NCBI GenBank assembly: GCA_049665065.1
Contig: JBATFU010000345.1
Location: 1-55,606 of the forward strand
From: Woeseia sp.
GTDB taxonomy: Bacteria; Pseudomonadota; Gammaproteobacteria; Steroidobacterales; Woeseiaceae
DNA: 55,606 bases
Reading direction: 5' to 3'
The first letter of the stretch is position 1; every line of letters starts with the position of its first letter. Both the position numbers and the translations under genes were made by a program. Below, piece after piece: positions 27,229-37,257 of this stretch. The notes below the pieces were generated by a model. It made no database searches. It saw only the letters and a list, made by a program, of their open reading frames with translations, and had not been told where the DNA came from.

Positions 27229-28071
27229 ATGAGAAACCCGCTGGTTTTTGCGTTATTCAGCGCTTTTTTGTTCAGCGCCTGTGGCGCGGAACAGTCCACT
27301 TCCGAAGAGCAGCCGGCTGCTGCCACGGCACCGGAACAGGCATTGGAAGAAGCGCCGGTCATCGAGGCTCCGCAGGCCGACCCCGATACTGCGCCGACGC
27401 TCGTTGAAGAATCGGTCGATGATGAAATCGTCGCCGACGACTCACCGCTGATGCTGGCGCAGGCCGGCTCAGCAGCCCCTGCGCGCGAGTGGAAATTCAA
27501 AGACGGGCAGCAGTTCAAGCGCCTGGTGCCAACGCAGCCCACTGTTGGCGGCGCCGACAAGATCGAGGTGGCGGAAGTATTCTGGTACGGCTGCGCACAT
27601 TGCAACGACTTCGAACCGTTCATCAACGGCTGGGCCGCCAAGAAACCGGCGAACACACGCTTCGTGCGCATTCCCGCCATGTGGAACCCGCTCGTGAAAC
27701 TGCACGCGCAGCTTTACTACACCGAAGAAGTGCTCGCAAAGAACGGCAAGCTGGCGAATCCGCAGGTTTTCCATGCTGCGGTCTTTAACGAATACCACCA
27801 GCGCGGCAATCGCCTGACATCAGAAGAAGCCATCGCCGAACTGTTCGCACGCTTCGGCGTCAGCCAGGAAGATTTCAAGAGCACCTGGAATTCTTTCGAG
27901 GTTGCCCAGAAACTGCGCGTCGCAGAGGATCTTGGGCGCCGTTACGGCATCACCGGTGTTCCTGCGGTCGTCGTCAATGGCAAGTACCGCAGCGGCGGTG
28001 CAGAGGCCGGCAGTTATCCGAAGTTGCTGGAAGTCATCGACGAGCTCGTGGCGCGCGAATCGGTTCGCTAG
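27229..28071 (+). CDS. dsbA: DsbA family thiol:disulfide oxidoreductase with a putative lipoprotein N-terminus
   Basis: EVFWYGCAHC and cis-Pro loop GVP..VVNGKY; N-terminal FLFSACG and an acidic linker. Confidence 0.88.
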   Translation: MRNPLVFALFSAFLFSACGAEQSTSEEQPAAATAPEQALEEAPVIEAPQADPDTAPTLVEESVDDEIVADDSPLMLAQAGSAAPAREWKFKDGQQFKRLVPTQPTVGGADKIEVAEVFWYGCAHCNDFEPFINGWAAKKPANTRFVRIPAMWNPLVKLHAQLYYTEEVLAKNGKLANPQVFHAAVFNEYHQRGNRLTSEEAIAELFARFGVSQEDFKSTWNSFEVAQKLRVAEDLGRRYGITGVPAVVVNGKYRSGGAEAGSYPKLLEVIDELVARESVR

Positions 28072-28967
28072 CCATTGTCCTCGGTCACGATCCGCAACTG
28101 ACCCGCATCGTCGTAACGCCAGTAAAGCCGCTTTAGCGTTACGACGGTGCTCTCCGCGGTGCTGAGCTGCTGCGTGAAACGGCTGAGAAACAGGCCCGGC
28201 TCCCCGGGATCGGCCACCAGCAGCAGATCCTTTATTTCTATGTGCAGGGGTTTGCGTTTTGCAAACACACTGCTGCGCCATGCCGCCCAGTCATCCCGGC
28301 TCATGCCGCGGTAACGAAATCCTTCTGCGTACAACGCGAGGTAGTTGAAAAAGTCGTTCTGCTCAACACTCTGCTGCCAGCGCGCCATGGCCTCATTCAG
28401 CTGGGCGCGCAGGACTGCGGCCTCCGCCTGGGAAGACCAGGTAAACTCGCGAGCGACGATGACGGGCGTTTGCAGCGGTGCGAGTTCACCGGCAATTGCC
28501 GTGATATCTTCGTTGGGTAATGCAAGGCAGCCGTCTGTATCGAGCGGCGGCCGGTCAGGGTCCTTGCGATCTACACCGTGCAACCAGATACCGTCGCCTG
28601 TGCGATCCTGGTAACGATCCCAGGCATTCGGGTAGTCGAGCACAAACGCCTTGTCGCCGTACTTGTCGTGCAGGCGCTCTGTATCCAGTTCTTCAGTGAT
28701 GAAATAGACGCCGAGCGGTGTCTTGCGATCCCAGGCGCGCTCTTTGCCCACGCCATTGCGGCCAATCGACATGTAGCGAGCGTCTGTCTCGACCAGGCTG
28801 CCGTCGCGCAATGCGAATCGGCGCAGCGTCGCGCTCGCGGTATCAGCAATCAGGATCGTGCCGACGTTGTCTGGAACCTGCAGAATCCCTGCCGGCATGT
28901 GGCGCGCTTCGTCTGCCTGGGCCGCAGCACACAGCAGAGAAACGATGACGGGGAACAGTCGGCGCAT
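28068..28967 (-). CDS. YkuD-family L,D-transpeptidase/carboxypeptidase with NTF2-like C-terminal domain
   Basis: Signal peptide, KTPLGVY, LDYPN and GIWLHG...TDGC. Confidence 0.85.
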   Translation of the reverse strand: MRRLFPVIVSLLCAAAQADEARHMPAGILQVPDNVGTILIADTASATLRRFALRDGSLVETDARYMSIGRNGVGKERAWDRKTPLGVYFITEELDTERLHDKYGDKAFVLDYPNAWDRYQDRTGDGIWLHGVDRKDPDRPPLDTDGCLALPNEDITAIAGELAPLQTPVIVAREFTWSSQAEAAVLRAQLNEAMARWQQSVEQNDFFNYLALYAEGFRYRGMSRDDWAAWRSSVFAKRKPLHIEIKDLLLVADPGEPGLFLSRFTQQLSTAESTVVTLKRLYWRYDDAGQLRIVTEDNG

Positions 28968-29057
28968 GAATCATTCACAACCTGGCGGGCAGCCGATAGT
29001 ACAAGCTCTGCCGGCGGCACTCCATGCGCTCGGTAGCATATTTCACAACTCTCTGAT

Positions 29058-29363
29058 CTAGCTGAAGAAGTGGGCGTTTACGACAGCGAGTGCAAGACCT
29101 GTCGCGATGCCGGCCAGTGTGCGTTCCGACCACAGGTACACGGCAACGGCGGCCGCCACGGCGAAAACATCGGCGACAGGCAGCTTGGCGAGCGACAAGG
29201 CCAGGACGCCGGCCAGGGCCGCGCCCGGCAGCACTTCCAGTACGCGGCTGGCGAGGGAGTTCGCCACGATGCGACTGCCCAGGAAATAACCCGCAATGCG
29301 CGTCAGGTAGGTCGCTGCTGTCATCACGATGATCGCCAGCAATGTCGCCTGAAAGTCAGGCAC
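29058..29363 (-). CDS. AzlD-family membrane protein
   Basis: Motif TYLTRIAG..L...LPGA; coupled to an azlC-like gene. Confidence 0.75.
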   Translation of the reverse strand: MPDFQATLLAIIVMTAATYLTRIAGYFLGSRIVANSLASRVLEVLPGAALAGVLALSLAKLPVADVFAVAAAVAVYLWSERTLAGIATGLALAVVNAHFFS

Positions 29364-30072
29364 GACGGCGTAACTCGCGCAGCAGCGTTACGCCGGCCGC
29401 GGCAACGACGCCCGCAAGCAGCGCAAGCGCGGACCCGACGTACTGCGATGCAAGCAACGTGAACGCTGCCGACGCCAGCGGGGCAATGAGGATGCCGGGC
29501 TTGCGGCCGCGAAAGAAAATGCAGATGAGAATTGCGATGTACAGAGCACCACCGATGGCGAGGCCCTGCAGCGTGCGCGCATCGAGGAGCAGAGGTGCGG
29601 CCACACCGATAATCGTCCCGACCAGCCAAAAGCTGTACATCGCAAAACCGCTACCTGCAAAAAACGCTGCGCGGTTGCCAGCCCGTTGCTCCTTCATGGT
29701 TAACACCCAGTTCGCGTCAGTCAGCACGAACAGGATGCCGAACGGTGGCCGCCGCCGATTGGCCGACAGCGTTTCGTGGAGCGTAACGCCCATCAGGACG
29801 TGGCGACTGTTGACGAGCAAAACCGCCATGAAAATTGCGAGGTAAGGCAGCGGCTCCTGCCATAGCTCGAGCGCGGCCACCTGCGCTGCGCCGGCAAAGA
29901 CGGCGGCGCTCATCAAGACCGTAGAACCCGCATCGAGTCCCTTCGCCAATGCAATGATGCCGAACAGAATGCCGAAGACGCCGCCTGCGACGGCAAGCCC
30001 GATCGTCGCCCTGAAGCCGGCTACAAACGACGGCCATGCCGGCGCATGCGCGGGGCGCTCCGTTTCACTCAC
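29356..30072 (-). CDS. AzlC-family branched-chain amino acid exporter
   Basis: MSAAVFAGAAQ, VNSRH.LMG and LTDANW. Confidence 0.88.
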   Translation of the reverse strand: MSETERPAHAPAWPSFVAGFRATIGLAVAGGVFGILFGIIALAKGLDAGSTVLMSAAVFAGAAQVAALELWQEPLPYLAIFMAVLLVNSRHVLMGVTLHETLSANRRRPPFGILFVLTDANWVLTMKEQRAGNRAAFFAGSGFAMYSFWLVGTIIGVAAPLLLDARTLQGLAIGGALYIAILICIFFRGRKPGILIAPLASAAFTLLASQYVGSALALLAGVVAAAGVTLLRELRRRA

Positions 30073-30116
30073 GGTGACGGGACGCTCATACGATGCCCAT
30101 GGCGGATTGCGACACC

Positions 30117-30374
30117 TTAGGTCTCTGCCCTGTTGCGCCGCAGGTACCGCGCGATGCCGAAAATACTGATAAGCAGCCAGGCCGCTTCAACCACGAACGC
30201 CGACAGGTTGAACTCGAACCACAGTGAGAACAGGATCAGGAATGCGCCGAGCCCGTTCACCAGCGAAAACTGCAGGCTCGCAGGGTGCAACTTGCCAAGC
30301 TGCAGAAACAGGTAACCTGCCAGGATCAGCAGCACACCGATATTGCCGATGACATCGTGCCAACTGTAGTTCAT
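30117..30374 (-). CDS. Small membrane protein, CBU_0592-like
   Basis: D.IG.IGV.LIL..Y..LQ...N.LGA.LI..SL...FN.S....E..W pattern. Start placed at ATG 30374. Confidence 0.7.
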   Translation of the reverse strand: MNYSWHDVIGNIGVLLILAGYLFLQLGKLHPASLQFSLVNGLGAFLILFSLWFEFNLSAFVVEAAWLLISIFGIARYLRRNRAET

Positions 30375-30552
30375 CGTAAATACTCTACCCGTCCATCCCG
30401 ATGCTGCAGCATAACGATCGTTGCCTGATCTGTCAGCGCTGGCGCGCGCGGAGTTCGTAATACGCGCAACCAGTTGTGCATAACGAGTCAATGAGTCTCG
30501 CTAACAGGTATCATCTCTGCATGCGCAAAGGCGGCACTCCAAACAGAAAGCA

Positions 30553-31296
30553 ATGCAAGAGGCGCTAAAATCGCTGTCACGCGACGCGCTGGGCAGTCTG
30601 CGCGACCTTGCCCCGATTGTGCTCGTCATCGGCGTCTTCCAGGTGCTGGTGCTCGGCAACCCGCCCAGCGGCCTCACGCCATTGCTTGCCGGCGGCCTGC
30701 TCGTGCTGCTCGGTCTCACGCTTTTTATCTACGGCCTGAAACTCGCATTGTTTCCGATTGGCGAGCGGCTTGCCTATGCGCTCGCCAACAAGGGCAGCGC
30801 CTTCTGGCTGCTGATCTTCGCGTTCCTGCTGGGATTCGGCACGACGATCGCGGAACCCGCACTGCTCGCTGTTGCTGAAGAAGCCTCGCGCGTCGCGGCG
30901 GCCGGTGGCGTCATCGCCGATACCGCAAGCAGTCGCGCTGACTATGCGTTTTTGCTGCGGCTCACCGTTGCGACTGCCGTTGGCGTTGCGATCGTGCTGG
31001 GCGTCCTGCGCATCATGGCGGCATGGTCGCTGCCGTTCATGATTATCAGCGGCTATCTTCTGATCGTGCTGCTGACGACGATTGCACCGGCGGAAATCGT
31101 AGGCATTGCTTACGACTCGGGCGCCGTTACCACCTCCACGGTTACCGTACCCCTGGTTACTGCGCTCGGTGTCGGGCTTGCCAGCGCGGTACGCGGTCGC
31201 AATCCCATGCTCGATGGCTTTGGGCTGATCGCATTTGCCTCGCTGATTCCCATTTTGTTCGTCATGCTGTTCGGGATGCTGCTGCAGTGGACGTAA
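30553..31296 (+). CDS. DUF1538 membrane protein (copy 1)
   Basis: [27 protein letters not shown] and [10 protein letters not shown]. Confidence 0.85.
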   Translation: MQEALKSLSRDALGSLRDLAPIVLVIGVFQVLVLGNPPSGLTPLLAGGLLVLLGLTLFIYGLKLALFPIGERLAYALANKGSAFWLLIFAFLLGFGTTIAEPALLAVAEEASRVAAAGGVIADTASSRADYAFLLRLTVATAVGVAIVLGVLRIMAAWSLPFMIISGYLLIVLLTTIAPAEIVGIAYDSGAVTTSTVTVPLVTALGVGLASAVRGRNPMLDGFGLIAFASLIPILFVMLFGMLLQWT

Positions 31297-32078
31297 TACA
31301 AAGCGCATTCGCGACACTGGCCGATACCGCGCTCGACGTGTTGCCGATCATGGTGTTCCTGTTTGCATTCCAGCGCATCGTCATTGGCGGCCCGATGCCG
31401 AACAGGAAAGCGATCCTGACAGGATTCCTGTTTGTCATCGTTGGCCTGGGCTGTTTCCTGATTGGGCTTGAGCAGGCGCTGTTCCCGCTCGGTCGCATGA
31501 TGGCGGAACAGCTGACCACCGAGGCGTTCCTCGGTGGCGCGGCGGCCACGCTCGGCTGGCAGGACTACTACTGGGTCTACCTGTTCGCCCTGGCGCTTGG
31601 CATCAGCACGACACTGGCCGAGCCCGCGCTGCTTGCGGTATCCATGAAGGCGAATACAGTGTCAGGCGGTGCGATTCACGTATGGGGCCTGCGCGTTGCC
31701 GTCGCCATCGGCGTTGGCACAGGCGTTGCAATCGGCTGCTTTCGCATCGTGACCGGCATGCCGCTGCAGTACTTTATCGCGGCGGGCTACCTGCTCGTCG
31801 TGGTCCAGACCATTTTCGCGCCGCGGCTAATTGTGCCGCTAGCCTATGACTCGGGCGGTGTCGCAACCTCGACGGTAACCGTGCCACTCATTACGGCGCT
31901 TGGCCTCGGCCTGGCAGAATCCGTGCCCGGCCGCAGCGCCGTGCTTGACGGCTTCGGCCTTGTCGCGTTCGCCTGCCTCTTTGCCGTCATTTCGGTGCTG
32001 GCTTATGCGCAGCTTTCAGTTATAAGGACGGGTCGGATGACCCGTCCATCTTCTACACGGGACAGTTCACAGGACTAG
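31287..32078 (+). CDS. DUF1538 membrane protein (copy 2)
   Basis: [22 protein letters not shown] and [12 protein letters not shown] start at 31287 overlaps copy 1. Confidence 0.85.
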   Translation: MDVIQSAFATLADTALDVLPIMVFLFAFQRIVIGGPMPNRKAILTGFLFVIVGLGCFLIGLEQALFPLGRMMAEQLTTEAFLGGAAATLGWQDYYWVYLFALALGISTTLAEPALLAVSMKANTVSGGAIHVWGLRVAVAIGVGTGVAIGCFRIVTGMPLQYFIAAGYLLVVVQTIFAPRLIVPLAYDSGGVATSTVTVPLITALGLGLAESVPGRSAVLDGFGLVAFACLFAVISVLAYAQLSVIRTGRMTRPSSTRDSSQD

Positions 32079-32082
32079 GATC

Positions 32083-32433
32083 ATGCATTTCAAACTCATA
32101 ATTGCTTTCGTCGAAGACAGCAAGACCGATGCGGTAATGGACGCGGCGCGCGATGCGGGCGCCACCGGCTGCACCGTGATCAGCAATGCGCGCGGTGAAG
32201 GCATGAAGCAGAACAAAACATTTTTCGGACTTACGCTGGCGACGCAACGCGATGTCATCCTGCTGCTCGTCGAAGAGCACCTGAGCCGACACATTCTCGA
32301 AAGTATTGGCGAGGTCGGCGAATTCGACGAGAAACCGGGCACCGGCATTGCCGTGCAACTCGATGTTGAGGACGCGGTCGGCGTCTTTAGCCAGTCAGAA
32401 CAATTACGCGAAGTGGTGGAGGATCAGCTATGA
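32083..32433 (+). CDS. PII-superfamily signal transduction protein (non-canonical)
   Basis: GATGCTV..ARGEG and B-loop PGTGIA...VEDAVG; no GlnB-type T-loop Tyr. Confidence 0.85.
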   Translation: MHFKLIIAFVEDSKTDAVMDAARDAGATGCTVISNARGEGMKQNKTFFGLTLATQRDVILLLVEEHLSRHILESIGEVGEFDEKPGTGIAVQLDVEDAVGVFSQSEQLREVVEDQL

Positions 32434-32834
32434 ACGACCAATCCTGGGTGCCCGTCCGCAAGGTCATGCGCACCGAGATCACTGAAGTGGACGGCAAAAT
32501 CGATGTGCTGTCTGCCTTGAAGATCATGAAAAAAGTGGGCGGCACGAGCCTGATCGTGAAACGCCGAGACGAACGCGACGAGATCGGCATGCTGCTCTTT
32601 TCGGACGTGGCCAAGAAAGTGATCGCGAAAGACCGCTCACCGGAGCGCACGAACGTTTACGAGATCATGGCAAAGCCGGTCATTTCCGTGCGCCCTGATA
32701 TGAGCATTCGCTACTGCGCGAGACTGTTCGAACAGTTTGGTATCAGCCACGCACCGGTTGTCGAGAACGACCAGGTTATCGGGATTGTCAGCTACTACCT
32801 GCTGGTACTCGAAGGCCTGCCGGACCTCGACTAA
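32430..32834 (+). CDS. Stand-alone CBS-pair protein
   Basis: VRKVM, VYEIMAKPVISV and PVVEN..VIGIVS; ATGA overlap with the PII gene. Confidence 0.85.
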   Translation: MNDQSWVPVRKVMRTEITEVDGKIDVLSALKIMKKVGGTSLIVKRRDERDEIGMLLFSDVAKKVIAKDRSPERTNVYEIMAKPVISVRPDMSIRYCARLFEQFGISHAPVVENDQVIGIVSYYLLVLEGLPDLD

Positions 32835-32846
32835 GCGCGAGCAGGT

Positions 32847-34043
32847 CTAGAAGGGTCCGGGCGGTGTGGCGCGGCGCCGCGGCGGATCCCAGAACGGCTT
32901 TTCCTGCACTAAAGCTTCTGCCATGACGCGCGACCAGTGCATCTCGCGCTGGTAATAGATTTCCACCCACAGCTTACTGCCGGGTTCACCGTGCGGCATG
33001 TTCACGGTGCCAAGCGCAATGTTCTGTTTGCAAACAGGCGACCAGACCGCAGACGTCACGAAGCCGACTTTCTGCAGGCGGCCACGGATGCGCGCATGGA
33101 TGTAGGAATGGTGCGCCGGCTTGTTCCCTTCGATGTCGAGCTTGACCAGCCGCCAGTTCGACCCGTGCCGCTTCTCTGCAGCGAGGGCGCGGCGGCCATT
33201 GAAGTTCGGCTTCTTGAAATCCACGAGCCAGGAGAGGCCAAGCTCAAACGGCGAACGTGAACGGCCGCTGCGCACGGTATCCATTGCCGGCACAAAGTCG
33301 ATACCGGCCGTCAGGAAACCCGCCTCGATGCGCGCCATATCGAGCGCGTGCGTGCCGATCGCCTTGATGCCGTACAGGCGACCCGCCTCGAACAAAGCAT
33401 CCCAGAGATCCAGCGCCTTGCTCGCATTGATCCACAGCTCGTAGCCGAGATCTCCGGTGAAACCGGTTCGCGACACCATCAGTTCCGCGCCCTCAAAATC
33501 GCTATGCATGAGGCCGAACGGCTTCAGCGTGTCGAGTCCGTCGATGCCGAGCGCGTTGAGCACGCTGTAAGAGGTTGGTCCCTGCACGGCCAGTGCCGCG
33601 ATCTGCGCCGTCTCCTCGACGATGGACACGTCCATGCCAATCGCGGCCGGCACGAGCCAGGCAAGGTGCCGCTCCTGCGAGCACAGGCGGTACTCGCCCT
33701 CCCGCAGGTGAAAAATCGTACCGTCATCGATGACCTGGCCCTGGTCGTTGCACCAGGCCGCGTAAGCAACGCGGCCGGGACGAATCTTGTGCATATCGCG
33801 CGTGACGAGGCGATCGAGATAGGCAAGCGCATCAGGGCCACTGATGCGGTACTTCGTCATCGGCGACAGGTCGAAAACGCCGGTACTGTTGCGAATCGCA
33901 AAGTATTCGAGTTCGGCATCGAAGAGGGCATCGGCCGTTGTGTAGCCTTTCCAGCAATGCCAGGCATTCAGGCGGTCGAGCTGCGTGAGCCGCGGATAAA
34001 ACGGCGTACGTAACACGCCCTGTTCGACTTCGATAATGTTCAC
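32847..34043 (-). CDS. GcvT-like aminomethyltransferase (folate-binding)
   Basis: EYFAIR..GVFDLS, IDDGT, SRTGFTGDLGYELW and RIEAG. GTG start at 34043 overlaps the upstream stop. Confidence 0.88.
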   Translation of the reverse strand: MNIIEVEQGVLRTPFYPRLTQLDRLNAWHCWKGYTTADALFDAELEYFAIRNSTGVFDLSPMTKYRISGPDALAYLDRLVTRDMHKIRPGRVAYAAWCNDQGQVIDDGTIFHLREGEYRLCSQERHLAWLVPAAIGMDVSIVEETAQIAALAVQGPTSYSVLNALGIDGLDTLKPFGLMHSDFEGAELMVSRTGFTGDLGYELWINASKALDLWDALFEAGRLYGIKAIGTHALDMARIEAGFLTAGIDFVPAMDTVRSGRSRSPFELGLSWLVDFKKPNFNGRRALAAEKRHGSNWRLVKLDIEGNKPAHHSYIHARIRGRLQKVGFVTSAVWSPVCKQNIALGTVNMPHGEPGSKLWVEIYYQREMHWSRVMAEALVQEKPFWDPPRRRATPPGPF

Positions 34044-35584
34044 GCGCCCTTCTCCCGCCGCAGTATGGTGCGTGCCGCGTTGTAACCCGCCGCGCCAGAC
34101 ACGTTGCCACCCGGGTGTGCGCCGGCACCGCACAGGAACAGTCCGTCGAGCGGCATCGCGTATTGCGCCGCACCCGCAACCGGTCGCACGAACAGAAACT
34201 GGTCGAGCGTCAGTTCGCCGTGATGCCAGTGCCCGCCGCTGATGCCGAAGCGCGACTCAATGTCAGCCGGTGTCAGCAGTTCGCTGGCCGTGACTTGTTG
34301 CGCAATGTCCGGCATGTAATGTGCCAGCGTGGCCAGCGTTGTTTGCAGAAACGCGTTTTTCTGTTCGTCGGTCCAGCCGCCGTCGAGCTTATACGGCGCG
34401 TACTGGACAACCGCCGACAGCACGTGCCCGCCCTCTGGCGCAAGCGAGTTGTCGCGCACGGTCGGGAACGATATCTCCAGAACCGGGTTCGCGGAAAAGT
34501 TGCCGTACTTGGCCGGATTGAAGGCCTTCTCGACGTAATTGGCATCAGGCGCAATGACGAGGCGCTCAGCGTAGTCTTCCAGCTTGAAGTTCTGGATTGT
34601 CGGCAAACGCGCCAGCGCGAGGTGCAGCTTCGCCGCATTGCCGCGCATGCGAATGTTGCTGACACGCTGCGTGAACCCCGTTTCGACATGGCGACTGCCG
34701 ACAAGCTCCAGCACGGTGCGTTGCGGATCAATACCCGAGATTACTGTGAGCGATTCGTAGCTATCGCCGCTTGCCGTCTCTACGCCGACAGCGCGACCGT
34801 TCTCGACGACAATCCGGCGCACCGGGGTGTGCGTTCGAATGGTCACTCCCAGCGCTGTCGCGCGTTCTGCCAGTGCGGCAGTAACCGCGCCCATGCCGCC
34901 CGTTGCGCTGGAAATCCGGCCCCCGCCTGCAGCGATACGATACAGATACGTCAGTACGGTATTCGGCGAACGCGGACCCAGGTGCGTGCCGAGTATCGCA
35001 TCGACGCTGAGCAGCCCTTTCAACAGCGGGCTGGCGAAGCACTCCTCGAGTTCGTCATAAATATTCATGCCGATAATGCGCAGGAACTCGCGCATGTTGT
35101 CGCGGCCCAGGCGGCGCAGATCGAAACCGAGTTTCGCCAGCGCGAGCAGGTCGCGCCTGTCGCGGGTACCTAGCCGTGGCGGCGTCTTTAACAACTGCTT
35201 GTTGAGTAACGCCGCGAAACGCTGCATGCGTTCATGGAACTTGCGGAAGGCGTCACGATCGGCATCGCTGACTCCCTGCACATCATTACCGCGCAGTCGG
35301 ACGTGCTGGCCGTGCGGATCGAGCGCGATGCTGGCCATGTCATCGCTGGCCAGATTGAGTTTCAGGTCCAGTTCGCGAATAACGGCGGGCTGCAAGCCGT
35401 ACATGAGGTGCGCACAACTCGATACTGACAAGCCCTTGGCAAACGGCTCGGTAACGGCAGCGCCGCCAACCACGTCACGCGCTTCCAGCACGAGCACGTC
35501 GCGGCCCGCCTTCGCCAGCATGGCCGCGCAGACGAGGCCGTTGTGGCCGGCACCGATAACGATGGCGTCGAATTGCTCAGTCAT
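34040..35584 (-). CDS. FAD oxidoreductase, phytoene-desaturase-like/PYROXD2 family (paralogue B)
   Basis: GAGHNGL Rossmann motif, SLAPEGGH and LCGAGAHPGG. Confidence 0.85.
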   Translation of the reverse strand: MTEQFDAIVIGAGHNGLVCAAMLAKAGRDVLVLEARDVVGGAAVTEPFAKGLSVSSCAHLMYGLQPAVIRELDLKLNLASDDMASIALDPHGQHVRLRGNDVQGVSDADRDAFRKFHERMQRFAALLNKQLLKTPPRLGTRDRRDLLALAKLGFDLRRLGRDNMREFLRIIGMNIYDELEECFASPLLKGLLSVDAILGTHLGPRSPNTVLTYLYRIAAGGGRISSATGGMGAVTAALAERATALGVTIRTHTPVRRIVVENGRAVGVETASGDSYESLTVISGIDPQRTVLELVGSRHVETGFTQRVSNIRMRGNAAKLHLALARLPTIQNFKLEDYAERLVIAPDANYVEKAFNPAKYGNFSANPVLEISFPTVRDNSLAPEGGHVLSAVVQYAPYKLDGGWTDEQKNAFLQTTLATLAHYMPDIAQQVTASELLTPADIESRFGISGGHWHHGELTLDQFLFVRPVAGAAQYAMPLDGLFLCGAGAHPGGNVSGAAGYNAARTILRREKGA

Positions 35585-37193
35585 CGCCGAAGTTCTCCGG
35601 AACCGTATTGCCGCGTTTCAGGTCGGCCAGTATTTCGCGAGCTGCATTGGCGCCCGGTGCTGCCATGACGCCGCCACCCGGATGCGTGCTGGAGCCACAC
35701 ATGTACAGGCCGGATACCGGGCCGCGATACTGCGCGTAGCCGGGAACAGGGCGATTGAACAGCAGCTGATCCATGGTCAGCTCGCCGTGGAAAATATTGC
35801 CCTCGGTGATGCCGGCTTCGTTTTCGATTTCGCGCGGCGTGCGTATCTCGGCATGCAGGATCAGGTCTTTGAAATCGGGACTGTAGTTCGCGATCTGGTT
35901 AATCACCGTCTCGCCGAACGCATCGCGCTCTTCATCCGTCCAGTCACGACCTTCGACCTTGGCCGGGCAGTACTGCACGAAGCAGCTCATGAAGTGCTTG
36001 CCTGGCGGTGCCATCGTCGGATCGGTAACGGTCGGGATCACCATGTCAATGTAGGGATCCTTCGACCAGGTGCCATCTTTCCAGTCGTCGTAGGCGCGCT
36101 CCATGCGTGCCATCGAGTCGACAAAATGCATATCGCCATCAAGCAGCGAACTGCCTTTCGGCAGCGCGGGAAAACTGGGCATGCCGTCCAGCGCGATATT
36201 CACCTTGCCGGACGAACCGCGAATCTTGAAATTCTTCACGCGCTGGTAAAACGCATCCGGCAAATCGCTCTTGTCCATGCACTTCAGGAATGTGCGTTTT
36301 ACGTCCATGCCGGAGACAACGATTGGCGCGTCGACCTCCTCACCATTCGTTAACGCTACGCCGCGAATCTTGCCGTTGCTGACGCGAATCTGTTCGACCC
36401 CGGCGTCGGTACGCAGCGTGCCGCCGTAGCCCTGGAAGGCGCCAGCGATAGCCTTCGCGACAGCGCCCATGCCGCCGCGCGCGTAGCCCCAGGCGCCCAC
36501 GTTGCCATCGACATCACCCATGTAGTGATGCAACAGCACGTAGGCGGTGCCCGGTGAATGAATACCCAGCGCAGTGCCAATAATGCCGCTGCCGGACAGG
36601 GCGGCCTTGATGACGTCGGTCTCGAAGTATTCGTCCAGGTATTCGGCAACACTCATCGTCCAGAAACGAATCGTGTCGTACATGCGGTCTTCACCCATCT
36701 CGAGGAACTTGCTGCCAAGATGAATCAGCTCGCGAATGTCGCGCGGCTTGAACGACGTCGGATCCGGCGGCGTGCGCAGCAGCGTGTCCCGAATGAACCG
36801 GCACTGGCGCATAACGTCGGCGGAGTAACGGTGGTAGGCATCGGCATCGTGTTTTGAGAAACGCGCGTACTCGCGATGCTTGACCTCGCTGTCCCAGTAC
36901 GAGCCGAGATAGTCGCCGTTTTCCATGAACGTAACGCCGCCACCGTAAGGCGTTACCTGCAGCCCGTGGCGATGCAATTCCAGCGCGCGAAACAGTTCCG
37001 GCCGCAGCAGGGAACAAACATAGGAGCAGTTCGAGTAGATCCAGTCCTTGTACAGGTTGCGACTGACGGTGGCGCCACCAATGTAGTCGTTTTTCTCGAC
37101 ACACAGCACGTCGAGACCGGACTTTGCCAGGAACGCTGCAGTCGTCAGGCCGTTATGGCCTGCGCCGACGACAATTGCGTCGTAACTCTTCAT
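35577..37193 (-). CDS. FAD oxidoreductase, phytoene-desaturase-like/PYROXD2 family (paralogue A)
   Basis: GAGHNGL, GGMG, DPTMAPPGKH, GNIFHG and MCGSSTHPGGGV. Confidence 0.87.
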   Translation of the reverse strand: MKSYDAIVVGAGHNGLTTAAFLAKSGLDVLCVEKNDYIGGATVSRNLYKDWIYSNCSYVCSLLRPELFRALELHRHGLQVTPYGGGVTFMENGDYLGSYWDSEVKHREYARFSKHDADAYHRYSADVMRQCRFIRDTLLRTPPDPTSFKPRDIRELIHLGSKFLEMGEDRMYDTIRFWTMSVAEYLDEYFETDVIKAALSGSGIIGTALGIHSPGTAYVLLHHYMGDVDGNVGAWGYARGGMGAVAKAIAGAFQGYGGTLRTDAGVEQIRVSNGKIRGVALTNGEEVDAPIVVSGMDVKRTFLKCMDKSDLPDAFYQRVKNFKIRGSSGKVNIALDGMPSFPALPKGSSLLDGDMHFVDSMARMERAYDDWKDGTWSKDPYIDMVIPTVTDPTMAPPGKHFMSCFVQYCPAKVEGRDWTDEERDAFGETVINQIANYSPDFKDLILHAEIRTPREIENEAGITEGNIFHGELTMDQLLFNRPVPGYAQYRGPVSGLYMCGSSTHPGGGVMAAPGANAAREILADLKRGNTVPENFGDD

Positions 37194-37257
37194 GGCGGGA
37201 ATTTACTCCAGTCTGGCCCGCGCGGGATCGCGCCAGCCTGCGATGATACGCGAGTCG

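Noticed and set aside
30401..30422. Two abutting palindromes, ATGCTGCAGCAT and AACGATCGTT
   Set aside because: Short, single-copy and not assignable to a regulator; could be chance.
34040..37193. Carotenoid biosynthesis (crtI/crtO) reading of the two flavoproteins
   Set aside because: No phytoene synthase or cyclase nearby; coupling to GcvT and a Rieske oxygenase suggests amine catabolism instead.
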